A stretch of 64,000 nucleotides of DNA from Candidatus Niyogibacteria bacterium CG10_big_fil_rev_8_21_14_0_10_46_36 (GTDB lineage: Bacteria; Patescibacteriota; Minisyncoccia; 1-14-0-10-42-19), in the NCBI GenBank assembly GCA_002772995.1, contig PFCO01000009.1, positions 22,876-86,875 on the forward strand, written 5' to 3'. The notes under the pieces were generated by a model. The model saw only the letters and a list, made by a program, of their open reading frames with translations. It ran no database searches and was not told the DNA's origin. Shown one piece after another: positions 16,895-28,159 of this stretch (its first letter is position 1; every line of letters starts with the position of its first letter). The translations under genes were made by a program, and so were the position numbers.

Positions 16895-18166
16895 TTATTT
16901 TGATTGAAACGGAACACCGAGCTTTATCATATACGCGGCGTCGTACCACTCATCTTTGCTTAAATTTCGTGTCAGGAGATAAGCGATATCGGAACCGTTC
17001 TCTAAAAACAATACGCGCGCCGTACTATGTTTGTTCCACGGAAATATCGCCTTAAATAGACGAGCAATAGCAAAATCGAGCTTGCTTGGCTCTCCTCTCC
17101 CTTTCCTCTTACTGCTGAATATCCGCCTCACGATGCTTGAAGGTAGAAATTTACGAGTATCACGGATATGGCTTGTGGTGCGCATAGCAGATGTATTGAT
17201 GAATAAAATATCATTGTTCACCGTGACTGTCCCCGGCCATTCTGGAGGCGTATGCGTATGTCCGTATATATACATAACGCTTATGCCCTCTTCCGCCCCG
17301 ACAGCCTCCGTACATGTTGATAAAGATGCTTTCAATTCATCGGAGTTATATACATTCGAAGGATTATATTTTTTCCAGAATAAAAACGAACGCGGGTCAG
17401 TAAGCCAAGCGATGCCTTCGGGCTTTTCGTGAGTGAGAATAAAAAGCAGTTTTTTGTCTACAAGGGCCTCTGCGCCTTCTTTTTCGAGAAACGCAATACC
17501 GTCTTTGGGAAGATAGCGCTGCAATTCCGTGTTTCCTACCGCATCTTTATGCCAATTGGAAAGACCGATAAGAACGATGTTTCCTATTTCTTTTTTATAA
17601 TAGAGGCCGTCTCTGCCTAAAAGCTTTTTGCATTGCGCAAGGCCTGATTTTACATCGTGATTTCCGCATACACGGTACACGGCATCAGCATTCACGCGCT
17701 TTTCTTTTTGTTTGTAGTCTTTTATCTGCCAGTCTTTCCCTTCCTGCGTTAAGTCGCCCGCGACAAGCAGGACAACATGCGCGCCCGCAGCCTGTGTAAG
17801 CATTGTATTTACATTATCAAACGCCGTATCTATGCTTGCGCATTCTTCCTCATCGCGGCATTGAATATCGCTCAGCATAACAATAGCGGTATCCGCATGA
17901 AACACAGAAATGTCTTTCTTGTGTTTTTCGGTTACATACGGGCTATTTGTAGAACGAAGCGCCGCGCACCCCGCAGTACATATCGTAAGCACAATAAGTC
18001 CTACTATCACTGCCAAAGCAATAACAGGGAACAGCTTTCTTTCTTTTTTCACCGCAGAACCCCCATATATAGTAAGAACAATTCCTTTCAGTATACATAA
18101 AGAACATACGAGCAAAAGTTGACATATAAAAAAATAACTGCCTAATAAATCAGCAGTTACTTGCAC
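16895..18166 (-). CDS. Membrane-anchored or secreted calcineurin-like metallophosphoesterase
   Basis: GDLTQEG...VCGNHD...YIYGHTHTP motifs. N-terminal hydrophobic, possibly lipoprotein, signal. Only 14 nt after htpX, so probably co-transcribed. True start may be downstream of the ORF's first Met. Confidence 0.65.
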   Translation of the reverse strand: MQVTADLLGSYFFICQLLLVCSLCILKGIVLTIYGGSAVKKERKLFPVIALAVIVGLIVLTICTAGCAALRSTNSPYVTEKHKKDISVFHADTAIVMLSDIQCRDEEECASIDTAFDNVNTMLTQAAGAHVVLLVAGDLTQEGKDWQIKDYKQKEKRVNADAVYRVCGNHDVKSGLAQCKKLLGRDGLYYKKEIGNIVLIGLSNWHKDAVGNTELQRYLPKDGIAFLEKEGAEALVDKKLLFILTHEKPEGIAWLTDPRSFLFWKKYNPSNVYNSDELKASLSTCTEAVGAEEGISVMYIYGHTHTPPEWPGTVTVNNDILFINTSAMRTTSHIRDTRKFLPSSIVRRIFSSKRKGRGEPSKLDFAIARLFKAIFPWNKHSTARVLFLENGSDIAYLLTRNLSKDEWYDAAYMIKLGVPFQSK

Positions 18167-18180
18167 CCGTGCTTGTTATG

Positions 18181-19077
18181 TCACATATTCATTCCCCGCA
18201 ACCGCGCAACTCGGTCCTCTAACGGGGGATGGGTCATAAACATGCGGGACATAAACCCGGGGCGCTTTCCATGCGGATCAGAAAGCCATAGATGCGCCGT
18301 CGCATTATTCGCGCTTTTCATGGGAGCAGAATGTTTGCCTATTTTTTCCAGTGCGGATGCGAGGCCTTCCGGATAGCGTGTTAAAAGCGCGCCCGATGCG
18401 TCGGCAAGATATTCGCGTTTTCGTGATATCGCAAGCTGTATGAGCGACGCAACTATCGGCGATAGAATAGCGAGCATAACGCCGATAAGAATAATGACAC
18501 CTCCTCCCCCGCGCCGGTCCCTGCCGCCGTTCAATGACCCCCAGAAAAGCGAGCGCAAAAACATGTCAGACAAAAGCGCCAAAAAACCCACAAGAACAAC
18601 AACGATGGTGGAAACAAGCATGTCACGATTACCGACATGCGAAAGCTCGTGCGCAAGTACACCCTCAAGCTCGGACCTATCAAGAATACGCAAAAGACCC
18701 TCGGTCACCGCGACAACAGCATGTTCTGGATCGCGACCGGTCGCAAACGCGTTCGGCACGCTTTCGTCTACGACATACACACGAGGCATTGGGAGACCAG
18801 CGGTTATTGCAAGATTTTCCACGATATTGTAGAGCTCGGGGTTATCTTTTTTTTCCACCTTTTTTGCGCGGGTTAACCGAAGCACTATTTTGTCCGAATA
18901 CCAATAGCTAAAAAGGCTCATGAACACACTGAAAAGAACGGCAATAACAAGTATTGCCTGATTCCCATATATATATGAGAATGCCCATCCAACGCCGATG
19001 ACTACAACAAAAAAAACAGCAAACAAAAGCCATGTTTTACGGATGTTTGAATCCTTATGGGTGTACAGAGACGCCAT
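18181..19077 (-). CDS. htpX: HtpX-like M48 zinc metalloprotease
   Basis: HELSHVGNRD (HExxH) with four TM helices. Start set at MASLYTHK, abutting the lemA stop. Confidence 0.85.
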   Translation of the reverse strand: MASLYTHKDSNIRKTWLLFAVFFVVVIGVGWAFSYIYGNQAILVIAVLFSVFMSLFSYWYSDKIVLRLTRAKKVEKKDNPELYNIVENLAITAGLPMPRVYVVDESVPNAFATGRDPEHAVVAVTEGLLRILDRSELEGVLAHELSHVGNRDMLVSTIVVVLVGFLALLSDMFLRSLFWGSLNGGRDRRGGGGVIILIGVMLAILSPIVASLIQLAISRKREYLADASGALLTRYPEGLASALEKIGKHSAPMKSANNATAHLWLSDPHGKRPGFMSRMFMTHPPLEDRVARLRGMNM

Positions 19078-19078
19078 G

Positions 19079-19639
19079 CTAGAACTTGACTTTGGGAACC
19101 GATTTTTCCGCTTCGTTCTCCACTTCAAAGAATTTTTCGGAGACAAAATGGAACCACCCGGCAATCATATTCGTCGGGAATGTTTCTATCTTTGTGTTCA
19201 AGTCGCGCACGGTCGTGTTATAAAATCTCCGCGACGCCTGGATTTTGTTTTCGGTATCAGAAAGCTCGCGCTGTAACTCTAAGAAGTTCGCATTCGCTTT
19301 AAGGTCCGGATAATTTTCAGAAACCGCAAATAAGGTTTTCAAGGTATTTGAAAGCATGTTCTCTTGCCCTGCGCGCTCAATAGGATCACCTCCCGTGGAA
19401 GCCACTTTCGCGCGTGCCTCGGTTACATGCTCAAGAACTTCTCGCTCATGACCCATATAGCCCTTCACCGTCTCGATGAGGTTGGGAATAAGGTCAAACC
19501 GGCGCTTAAGCTGTACGTCAATATCAGATATCGCTTCGCGAGCGCGCATCCGGAGAGTAATCAGGCGGTTATAGGTATAAATGAGCCACAACACGGCAAG
19601 AAAAATAAGTCCGATAATAATGCCGATAAATATGTTCAT
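19079..19639 (-). CDS. lemA: LemA family membrane protein
   Basis: N-terminal TM helix plus conserved LemA core: ...NRLITLR...FYNTTVRDLNTKIETFP. Confidence 0.85.
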   Translation of the reverse strand: MNIFIGIIIGLIFLAVLWLIYTYNRLITLRMRAREAISDIDVQLKRRFDLIPNLIETVKGYMGHEREVLEHVTEARAKVASTGGDPIERAGQENMLSNTLKTLFAVSENYPDLKANANFLELQRELSDTENKIQASRRFYNTTVRDLNTKIETFPTNMIAGWFHFVSEKFFEVENEAEKSVPKVKF

Positions 19640-19669
19640 AATGCTTATATGGCTAAGAAATATACCCTT

Positions 19670-19697
19670 ATTGTAACAACACGCTATCCCGTGTCAA
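19670..19697 (-). promoter_or_regulatory. Putative promoter of the lemA-htpX operon
   Basis: TTGACA-N16-TACAAT on the minus strand, overlapping the T-run of the upstream terminator. Confidence 0.45.
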
Positions 19698-19730
19698 TAA
19701 AAAAGACAGGACACATATCCTGTCTTTTCA
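19696..19730 (-). terminator. Terminator after the SPFH gene
   Basis: AGACAGGA-CACATA-TCCTGTCT followed by TTTTTATT on the minus strand. Confidence 0.65.
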
Positions 19731-19769
19731 ATTTTACATATTTTTGATTGTTTGTTTTTTTACAAAAGG

Positions 19770-21041
19770 CTAGTTACTCCTGGTGCGCCCCACGGGAACG
19801 GACATATCAAGTCCCAAGTCCTGTAAAACTTTTGCGGTAAAAAGATTTAAGAGATTTGCCGCTTCATTGCCCGGAGCTGACGTTCCATTGCCCGTGCTCA
19901 TCATAACTTCTGGGACCCATTTTTGTTTCCCAAACTCTTCGGCAAATTTTGCCATAACGAACTTGTACGCTTCAATCTTCTGCTGTAGTGCACCATCAGC
20001 TTCCATAGCAAGACGCTTACGCTCCGCTTCACCTTCACCAAGCAGTATTTGCTCTTGTTTGTATTCACCTGCAGCGAACTTTTTCTGTTCTGCCTCAAGC
20101 TTTTGCTGGGCGGCAACCTCAACCCGTTGCTTCGCTTCAATGATAGCAACCTCTTTCTTCTGCTGGGCCTCAACAATAGCTTTTTCTTTTTCTACCTCTT
20201 TAGCGTATTTCGCTGTCATGACATTTCGCTTACCTTCCTGCTCGGCAGTCATTGCTTCTTGCTGAGCGCGTTCGGCGTCAGCTTTTGCGGTGATAATCGC
20301 CATGGTCGCTTCTCTCTTTCGGGAAATCTGATCAAGGGTCTTTTGCTCAAACCCCCAGTCAGTAATCTGGAAGCCGCTCACCGGAATCCCATATTCCGTA
20401 AGGTCGCTCTTTTGCTGCATGGGAAGTCCGTTTTCTCCGTATTTGATTACAGGGATATTCTTCGTGACTCGTTTGCCGGTTCCTTCTTCCACATCAGTGA
20501 TGGTTTTTAATTCGGTCTGAAATTTACCACTGGATATCTGTTGCTGCGCCCACTGAGTAAAGATGCCTCGTTTTTCAGCGTACGCTTCTTCCGACGACAT
20601 AAGCCCCGCAGTTAAGTTCATCCCCTCTTCCGTAACGGGCTTGATGAGCTTTTCGGCAACGCCCTCGGGTGAACGAAATGCTTTGTGTAATTTTATCATG
20701 CTCATTTCGTCATTCGGTAAATTAAACCGGGCTTTCCCGTAAATTGAACCATTACCGCCATCCTGATAACGCACAGCAATTCCCTGCTGGTCGAGAGATG
20801 CGCTCTCTTCCGGTTTTGTCTTGTCAAAATCATAGGTCAGTACGTCATTATACGAAGTGGTACGTCCAAAAAACTTGAGATACCACCCGGGCGTGAACTT
20901 AACGAACAACGAACCATTGGGATACTGAACTACCGTGCGCTGGCCTGCGTCGTTAATGCCCACCGTGCAAGAAAAACAGATGATAACCGTCAAAATCAGA
21001 AAAGCAAAAAAACCAACCTTCAGCTTACTCAAACCAAACAT
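19770..21041 (-). CDS. SPFH/Band-7 (flotillin/YqiK-like) membrane protein
   Basis: N-terminal TM helix, SPFH core, long EA/Q-rich coiled coil (...AEQEGKRNVMTAKYAKEVEKEKAIVEAQQKKE...). AGGAGGT Shine-Dalgarno sequence. Confidence 0.75.
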   Translation of the reverse strand: MFGLSKLKVGFFAFLILTVIICFSCTVGINDAGQRTVVQYPNGSLFVKFTPGWYLKFFGRTTSYNDVLTYDFDKTKPEESASLDQQGIAVRYQDGGNGSIYGKARFNLPNDEMSMIKLHKAFRSPEGVAEKLIKPVTEEGMNLTAGLMSSEEAYAEKRGIFTQWAQQQISSGKFQTELKTITDVEEGTGKRVTKNIPVIKYGENGLPMQQKSDLTEYGIPVSGFQITDWGFEQKTLDQISRKREATMAIITAKADAERAQQEAMTAEQEGKRNVMTAKYAKEVEKEKAIVEAQQKKEVAIIEAKQRVEVAAQQKLEAEQKKFAAGEYKQEQILLGEGEAERKRLAMEADGALQQKIEAYKFVMAKFAEEFGKQKWVPEVMMSTGNGTSAPGNEAANLLNLFTAKVLQDLGLDMSVPVGRTRSN

Positions 21042-21100
21042 ATTACTACCTCCTATTATGGATTTTTGCAGCCAATGAAAAAAATATAAAACAGAACATC

Positions 21101-21310
21101 TTACTTTCTGCCCGTTTTGCCTCGCATCTTCCCAGCTTCCTTTTCTATAGAAGCCGCTTCTGCTTCTAGCGCCGCAACGCTTTTCTCAGATTTAGCGTCT
21201 TCCACGCGTTCCTCAGCCTTCATTTTTCTTCTGGCTCTTCGTATTTCTAGATAAAAATAAGCCAGAACAATGATAAGAATAATAGCAAAAACCACTCTCA
21301 CAGAAGACAT
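21101..21310 (-). CDS. Small single-TM protein encoded ahead of the SPFH gene
   Basis: AAGGAGGTGAGAC then ATG. One TM helix and a charged coiled tail. Its promoter lies upstream. Confidence 0.5.
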   Translation of the reverse strand: MSSVRVVFAIILIIVLAYFYLEIRRARRKMKAEERVEDAKSEKSVAALEAEAASIEKEAGKMRGKTGRK

Positions 21311-21353
21311 GTCTCACCTCCTTATAGGATTTTCAAAAAAACTGAATGAGATA

Positions 21354-21382
21354 TATGTACCAAAAATTCTTATTTTTGTCAA
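21354..21382 (-). promoter_or_regulatory. Putative promoter of the small-TM / SPFH operon
   Basis: TTGACA-N17-TACATA on the minus strand. Confidence 0.5.
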
Positions 21383-21397
21383 TCTTCTCCCGCAGAA

Positions 21398-21432
21398 TAA
21401 ATAAAAAGCCCTAAAAAGGGCTTTATTTTTAA
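21398..21432. terminator. Hairpin terminator after the 21470-21766 gene
   Basis: AAAGCCCT-AAAA-AGGGCTTT flanked by A and T runs. Confidence 0.6.
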
Positions 21433-21469
21433 AAATGGCTTCCGCCTTCATCTTCCCAGCGGTGTATAT

Positions 21470-21721
21470 CTAAGGTATTTCCGTCTCCCGTGTCTTTTTT
21501 TTTAAGCGTTCTTCTGCGTTTTCTTTGTTTTGGGTGTCTAGCTTTTCCTGCTTCCGATACCGCAGAAAACATTCAAGGCTCGCATAAAGGCACACTACCC
21601 CAAGCACCCACCATATCCAATGAGAACGCCCTTCAAGCGTCATTGCCAGTGTCCCCAAAAGATCAACAATACCTACAACAAAAAATACCCTGCAAAGTAT
21701 CAGATTACTGTTAAAGTCCAT
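21470..21721 (-). CDS. Hypothetical two-TM membrane protein
   Basis: Start set at MDFNSNL, with GAGAGGAGGAG 9 nt upstream. Two hydrophobic helices and a charged C-terminus. Confidence 0.45.
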   Translation of the reverse strand: MDFNSNLILCRVFFVVGIVDLLGTLAMTLEGRSHWIWWVLGVVCLYASLECFLRYRKQEKLDTQNKENAEERLKKKTRETEIP

Positions 21722-21771
21722 TATCGGCGCTCCTCCTCTCAAAAAAACGTTTATCCAAACATACACGAATG

Positions 21772-21812
21772 CACAACAAAAAACAATCCCGCTTTCAGCG
21801 GGATTGTTTTTC
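21772..21812 (-). terminator. groESL operon terminator
   Basis: AACAATCCCGC-TTTCA-GCGGGATTGTT, with a T-run on the minus strand. Confidence 0.7.
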
Positions 21813-21817
21813 TGAGC

Positions 21818-23488
<1,671 letters not shown>

Positions 23489-23494
23489 TTAAGA

Positions 23495-23803
23495 TTATTC
23501 AATAATGCCGAGAATATCCTCCTCCTTTACAATAAGATATTCTTTGCCGGAAATTTTGATTTCCGTGGGGCCATACTTTGAGAACAACACCCGCTGACCT
23601 TTTTTAAGGGAAACAGGGATGCGCTTGCCGTCTTTTGTCATCCGGCCAGCTCCGACCGCGACAACTTTTCCTTGCTCCGGACGTTCTTTTTCAGCGGTAT
23701 CAGGAATAACGATGCCCGATGCGGTCTTGCCTTCTAATTCATCTTTTGAGAGCGGCTCCAAAAGGACGCGGTCTCCCAGGGGGGTGATAGTAGGTTTTGT
23801 CAT
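23495..23803 (-). CDS. groS: Co-chaperonin GroES
   Basis: 102 aa, ...PLGDRVLLEP...KTASGIVIPD... mobile loop. Confidence 0.95.
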   Translation of the reverse strand: MTKPTITPLGDRVLLEPLSKDELEGKTASGIVIPDTAEKERPEQGKVVAVGAGRMTKDGKRIPVSLKKGQRVLFSKYGPTEIKISGKEYLIVKEEDILGIIE

Positions 23804-23850
23804 ATTTATATGAAAACTACATGTTAAATAATAAAATCACTTTTTGTAAA

Positions 23851-23877
23851 TTAGCAATCTAATACATAGACTGCTAA
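23851..23877 (-). promoter_or_regulatory. CIRCE (HrcA operator) inverted repeat upstream of groES
   Basis: TTAGCAATC-N9-GACTGCTAA. The halves are inverse complements with one mismatch. Consensus is TTAGCACTC-N9-GAGTGCTAA. Confidence 0.7.
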
Positions 23878-23882
23878 TCCAG

Positions 23883-23910
23883 TGTATAAGAAATAAAATA
23901 CAAATGTCAA
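23883..23910 (-). promoter_or_regulatory. Putative sigma70-type promoter of groES-groEL
   Basis: TTGACA-N16-TATACA on the minus strand, immediately upstream of CIRCE. Confidence 0.5.
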
Positions 23911-23948
23911 GAGAATATAAAAAGCCCCGACATCGCCGAGGCTTTAGT

Positions 23949-25028
23949 TTATTCGAATATTAGCTCATTAATACGCTCGCTTACGAGCTTTTCTGCGTGC
24001 TCCCGTACTCCCTCGCTCCACCAAATACCGAAGTCAATATTGATAGTGACTCCCCCTTCGCTGGTAAGTGAAGGAGTAAGCTTTGCGCCACCCGAACTGA
24101 ACTTTTTCCGCAATTCATCTCCGAGCAGCGTCCCTAAATCGCTGCTTCGCGCACTAATCCGCACCTTCTGCCCAATCATACCCCACACTACCGCAAGATC
24201 TACCCCCTTCTGACGAAGCATAAGATCGGCAATAACAGACAGGTCATCTCCGGAATCCTCTTTCAGCTGTCCGGCATTCATTACGATGCGTCCGCCTTTC
24301 TGCTTGCGGTGGTTTAACGCATACTGCAAGCTGTCAAAATAATTTTCGGAAAGCGGAAAATTGATAAGCATCTGTAATTCTTGCTGGTTTGCTTTCTCGG
24401 TTAAGCGTCCGTAGCTTTCGCGGTCGCGACGCGAGGAACTCGCGAGCTGTTTCGTGTCATTATAAATACCAAACGCTAAGAAGAGCGGGCGGTATTCGGT
24501 AAGTTCCGTGTCCGTAGCAACCGCAAGTTCTTCTATAAGCGTACTTGCCGAACCCACCTCATTATCAATGCAGAAAAACTGGTCTTCGCCTTCTTCTTGC
24601 GACGCAACATCGCCATCATGGTGATCAAACACCATTACGGGCCGCAACGGACGGAGGCTTTCCGGAATACGCGAATCATTTGTCGCTGAAGAGTCAATGA
24701 GAATAAGAATATCATTCTTACCCACCGACATTTTATCTACCATATTAAAATGCTGAGACAAACTGCCCAGGTTCACAATAGCCCGGTTCTGTGCCATGCC
24801 TGGCTGTCCGCACCAATACAACTTTATACGCGAATCAGACGCTTTCAAATTGCTCAGTACCGCCTGAAACGCATACGCAGCCCCCAATGCATCCGGATCA
24901 ATCTGGGTGATAAGAATAAGAAAATTTCCTTTTACGCTTTTTACGATAGATTTGAATTTCTCTACGCGGTCCGCGCTTAGCCCAAGATTATTTAATGCCC
25001 TTCCCTCTTCTGCTGATTTGTCAATCAT
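23949..25028 (-). CDS. DHH/DHHA1 phosphoesterase (NrnA-like bifunctional oligoribonuclease / pAp phosphatase)
   Basis: DHH motifs (...VFDHHDGD...) plus a DHHA1 C-terminal GGGH-like region. Start moved to MIDKSAEE, which has a GAGGTGG Shine-Dalgarno sequence. Confidence 0.7.
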   Translation of the reverse strand: MIDKSAEEGRALNNLGLSADRVEKFKSIVKSVKGNFLILITQIDPDALGAAYAFQAVLSNLKASDSRIKLYWCGQPGMAQNRAIVNLGSLSQHFNMVDKMSVGKNDILILIDSSATNDSRIPESLRPLRPVMVFDHHDGDVASQEEGEDQFFCIDNEVGSASTLIEELAVATDTELTEYRPLFLAFGIYNDTKQLASSSRRDRESYGRLTEKANQQELQMLINFPLSENYFDSLQYALNHRKQKGGRIVMNAGQLKEDSGDDLSVIADLMLRQKGVDLAVVWGMIGQKVRISARSSDLGTLLGDELRKKFSSGGAKLTPSLTSEGGVTINIDFGIWWSEGVREHAEKLVSERINELIFE

Positions 25029-25098
25029 TTCTGCCACCTCTTTGTATAGGTACAACTTACCCCCACTATGCATGACATCGCCGTTTTGTCAATCTAAT

Positions 25099-25172
25099 AA
25101 ACGGCTCACACGCTGTGTGAGCCGTTTATTTTGGCTTATAAAAACAAAAAAACCGCGCACGCGGTTTTTTTG
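25099..25172 (-). terminator. Tandem terminators downstream of uvrA
   Basis: AAAAAAACCGCGCACGCGGTTTTTTT, then AAACGGCTCACAC-GCT-GTGTGAGCCGTTT (13-bp stem). Confidence 0.65.
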
Positions 25173-25174
25173 TT

Positions 25175-28021
25175 TTAAAGCCACTTCCCGGTATATGATG
25201 TTTTATTTTTCTTCACATCAGCGGGCGTACCCATAACGACTATTTCTCCTCCGCCGTCTCCGCCTTCCGGGCCAAGGTCAATAAGCCAATCGGCATTCCG
25301 CAAGATATCAATACTGTGTTCGGTGACAATGACCGTGTTCCCCTTGTCTACAAGCGCGCGGAGAACAGTTAAAAGTTTTTGGACATCTTCTGCGTGCAGA
25401 CCGGTTGTTGGTTCATCTAATATATAGACTGTCCTCCCTGTCGCTTTCTTTGCCAGCTCAGTCGCAAGCTTTACTCGCTGCGCTTCTCCTCCGGAGAGTG
25501 TTGTTGCTGGCTGCCCGAGCTTAATGTAGCTCAATCCCACCTGGTTGAGCGTTTCTATTTTTGATTGTATAGCAGGAACATTCTTAAAAAATATGAGCGC
25601 TTCTTCAACTGACATATCAAGCACTTCTGCTATGTTTTTATCATTATAGTGGATCCCGAGCGCCTCACGATTGTATCGCGCGCCGTCGCATTCTTCGCAC
25701 GGCACATAGATATCAGGAAGGAAGTGCATTTCTATTTTTTTGACGCCCTGCCCCTCGCACTCTTCACACCTCCCGCCTTTCACATTAAAACTAAACCGCC
25801 CCGCTTTGTACCCTCGTGCACGGGCATCGCGTGTTTTCGAAAAGAGATCGCGGATCCCCGCAAATGCCCCGGTGTATGTCGCAGGGTTGCTTCTCGGCGT
25901 GCGGCCGATTGGCGACTGATCCACTACAACTACTTTATCAATGCTCTTTAACCCCTCTATTGATGTATGCCCGCCGGGGACGGCGCGCGAGCCGTAAAAA
26001 TGCTGCATGAGCGAGCGCGATAATATATCGTTGATAAGCGTTGATTTTCCAGAGCCGGATACGCCCGAAACACCGACTAATTTTCCAAGGGGGATTTTTA
26101 CCGTAATATTTTTCAAGTTATGTTCGCGGGCTCCTTTGATAGTTATAAAGCCAGCGGCTTTGTTCTCTTTGGACGCAAGCACAGATACTTTTTTACGTCC
26201 GGAAATATAATCGCCGGTAAGCGTCTTTGCCTTTTTGATATCACTATATGTGCCTTCAAAGATTATTTTGCCTCCATGTATTCCTGCGCCCTCACCGAGA
26301 TCAATAATCCAATCAGCCTCCTCCATCGTCTTCTGATCATGCTCTACCACTAAAACGGTATTTCCAAGCGCTTTCAGTTCTTTAAGTGTTTGGATAAGAC
26401 GATAGTGGTCACGCGCGTGAAGCCCAATGGACGGCTCATCAAGCACATAAATAACCCCCGAAAGACCGGAACCAATCTGTGTCGCAAGGCGCACGCGCTG
26501 CGCCTCTCCCCCGGAGAGCGTGGTGGACTGGCGGTCAAGCGACACATATCCGAGCCCGACATTCACTAAAAATTCGAGCCGCCGTTCTATTTCTTTTACG
26601 AGCGGGCGCGCAATTGCGTCTTCCTGTTTTTTCTTTTTTACTTCCTGCAGCACTTTTTGCATAAACGCGATTGCATCCTCTGCGGCATACGCGGAGACTT
26701 CCGCAATAGATGTCTGGATAATTTTAACACCCAGCGATTCCGGACGCAGCCGTTTACCTCCGCACGCAGGGCAGCTGTTCATAAACATGTATTTTTCTAT
26801 CTCTGCCCGGGTCCATTCGGAGTCCGTTTCGCGCCACCTCCGCTCAAGGTTTGGGATGACGCCCTCAAATGCCTCGCCCGGTTTTTTATCTTCAGTGTCT
26901 TTTTCTCCATACAAAATAAGGTCAGTTACTTTCTTCGGGAGCGCGCCCACAGGCGTATCAAGCGAAAAGCTATACCGCTCGGAAAGATCCTCAATCATCC
27001 ACCAGTACCAGGACTGCCGTCCCACCCGATGCGATGCACGCGCCCACGGCTGGATTGCACCTTCGGCAAGTGTTAACTTTTTATTCGGCATCACCAAGTC
27101 CGGATCAACCTCCAATTGATGGCCGAGGCCCGTACAGCGTTCGCACGCACCATAGGGACTATTAAAGCTGAACAACCGTGGCTCTATCGGCGGAAGTGAA
27201 ATATGACAGACCGGACAAGAAAAATTTTCCGAAAAAAGCACCTCTCTTCCTTTTGTTCCGTTTGCGTCTTCTTTATACTCAACCACAAGCGCAATACCTT
27301 TTGTAAGCGCAAGCGTGGTCTCCAGCGAATCATGTATGCGTCCGCGTTCCGTGTCCTTATCTATAGAAAGCCGATCTACAACAACCTCAATGGAGTGCTT
27401 CTTTTTTGGATCAAGCGGAAGATCAAGCGCCTCTTCTATCCGCATAACGCCTCCGTCGAGACGCACGCGCAAGAACCCTTGCTTTTGTATTTCGGCAAGT
27501 ATCTTTTTATGTTCTCCTTTTTTTGAACGGATGACGGGAGCGGCAATCATCACAAATGTGTCCTTGAATTCGCGGCTTACCGTTTTTATCATTTCATCTA
27601 TCGTCTGTTTTTTTACGAGCCGCCCGCATGCCGGACAATGCGGCTTGCCGATGCGTGCGAACAAGATGCGGAGATAATCATATATTTCGGTTATGGTTCC
27701 AACGGTCGAGCGAGGATTTTTCGAGACCGACCGCTGGTCAATAGCGATTGCGGGCGATAAGCCTTCTATTTTTTCAACATCGGGCTTTTCGCGCACGCCT
27801 AAGAATTGCCGCGCATAACTTGAAAGCGACTCCACAAAGCGCCGTTCGGCTTCGGCATAAATGGTGTCAAAAGCAAGCGAGGACTTTCCTGAACCGGAAA
27901 GCCCCGTAATAACTACAAGTTTGTTTTTTGGTATCTCAAGCGAGATATTCTTGAGATTGTGAGTACGCGCACCTTTTATGCGTATAACATCTGTTTCGTG
28001 TGTTGGTTGTTTTCTTGCCAT
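25175..28021 (-). CDS. uvrA: Excinuclease ABC subunit A
   Basis: 948 aa with two ABC ATPase modules ([21 protein letters not shown]), zinc-finger Cys pairs and signature LSGGE motifs. Confidence 0.95.
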   Translation of the reverse strand: MARKQPTHETDVIRIKGARTHNLKNISLEIPKNKLVVITGLSGSGKSSLAFDTIYAEAERRFVESLSSYARQFLGVREKPDVEKIEGLSPAIAIDQRSVSKNPRSTVGTITEIYDYLRILFARIGKPHCPACGRLVKKQTIDEMIKTVSREFKDTFVMIAAPVIRSKKGEHKKILAEIQKQGFLRVRLDGGVMRIEEALDLPLDPKKKHSIEVVVDRLSIDKDTERGRIHDSLETTLALTKGIALVVEYKEDANGTKGREVLFSENFSCPVCHISLPPIEPRLFSFNSPYGACERCTGLGHQLEVDPDLVMPNKKLTLAEGAIQPWARASHRVGRQSWYWWMIEDLSERYSFSLDTPVGALPKKVTDLILYGEKDTEDKKPGEAFEGVIPNLERRWRETDSEWTRAEIEKYMFMNSCPACGGKRLRPESLGVKIIQTSIAEVSAYAAEDAIAFMQKVLQEVKKKKQEDAIARPLVKEIERRLEFLVNVGLGYVSLDRQSTTLSGGEAQRVRLATQIGSGLSGVIYVLDEPSIGLHARDHYRLIQTLKELKALGNTVLVVEHDQKTMEEADWIIDLGEGAGIHGGKIIFEGTYSDIKKAKTLTGDYISGRKKVSVLASKENKAAGFITIKGAREHNLKNITVKIPLGKLVGVSGVSGSGKSTLINDILSRSLMQHFYGSRAVPGGHTSIEGLKSIDKVVVVDQSPIGRTPRSNPATYTGAFAGIRDLFSKTRDARARGYKAGRFSFNVKGGRCEECEGQGVKKIEMHFLPDIYVPCEECDGARYNREALGIHYNDKNIAEVLDMSVEEALIFFKNVPAIQSKIETLNQVGLSYIKLGQPATTLSGGEAQRVKLATELAKKATGRTVYILDEPTTGLHAEDVQKLLTVLRALVDKGNTVIVTEHSIDILRNADWLIDLGPEGGDGGGEIVVMGTPADVKKNKTSYTGKWL

Positions 28022-28121
28022 ACAGAGTACAAATAGAGGTGCGCAAAATTTTGCAATTATTCAGTATAGATATTTTTAGCGCCCGGGTCAAGATATGAAT
28101 GTGAATTGAGAATATCTTTTT

Positions 28122-28150
28122 TTGACTTAGCATCTGATGATTCTTATAAT
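28122..28150 (+). promoter_or_regulatory. Consensus promoter of uvrC; leaderless arrangement
   Basis: TTGACT-N17-TATAAT, then 9 nt to the ATG at 28160. Confidence 0.55.
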
Positions 28151-28159
28151 CAACCCATT

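Noticed and set aside
16895-18166. Considered the membrane metallophosphoesterase as part of a defence island together with DUF2726 and SWIB.
   Set aside because: It starts 14 nt after htpX and is followed by a strong terminator, so it belongs to the lemA-htpX unit. tRNA-Ser separates it from the DUF2726 and SWIB genes.
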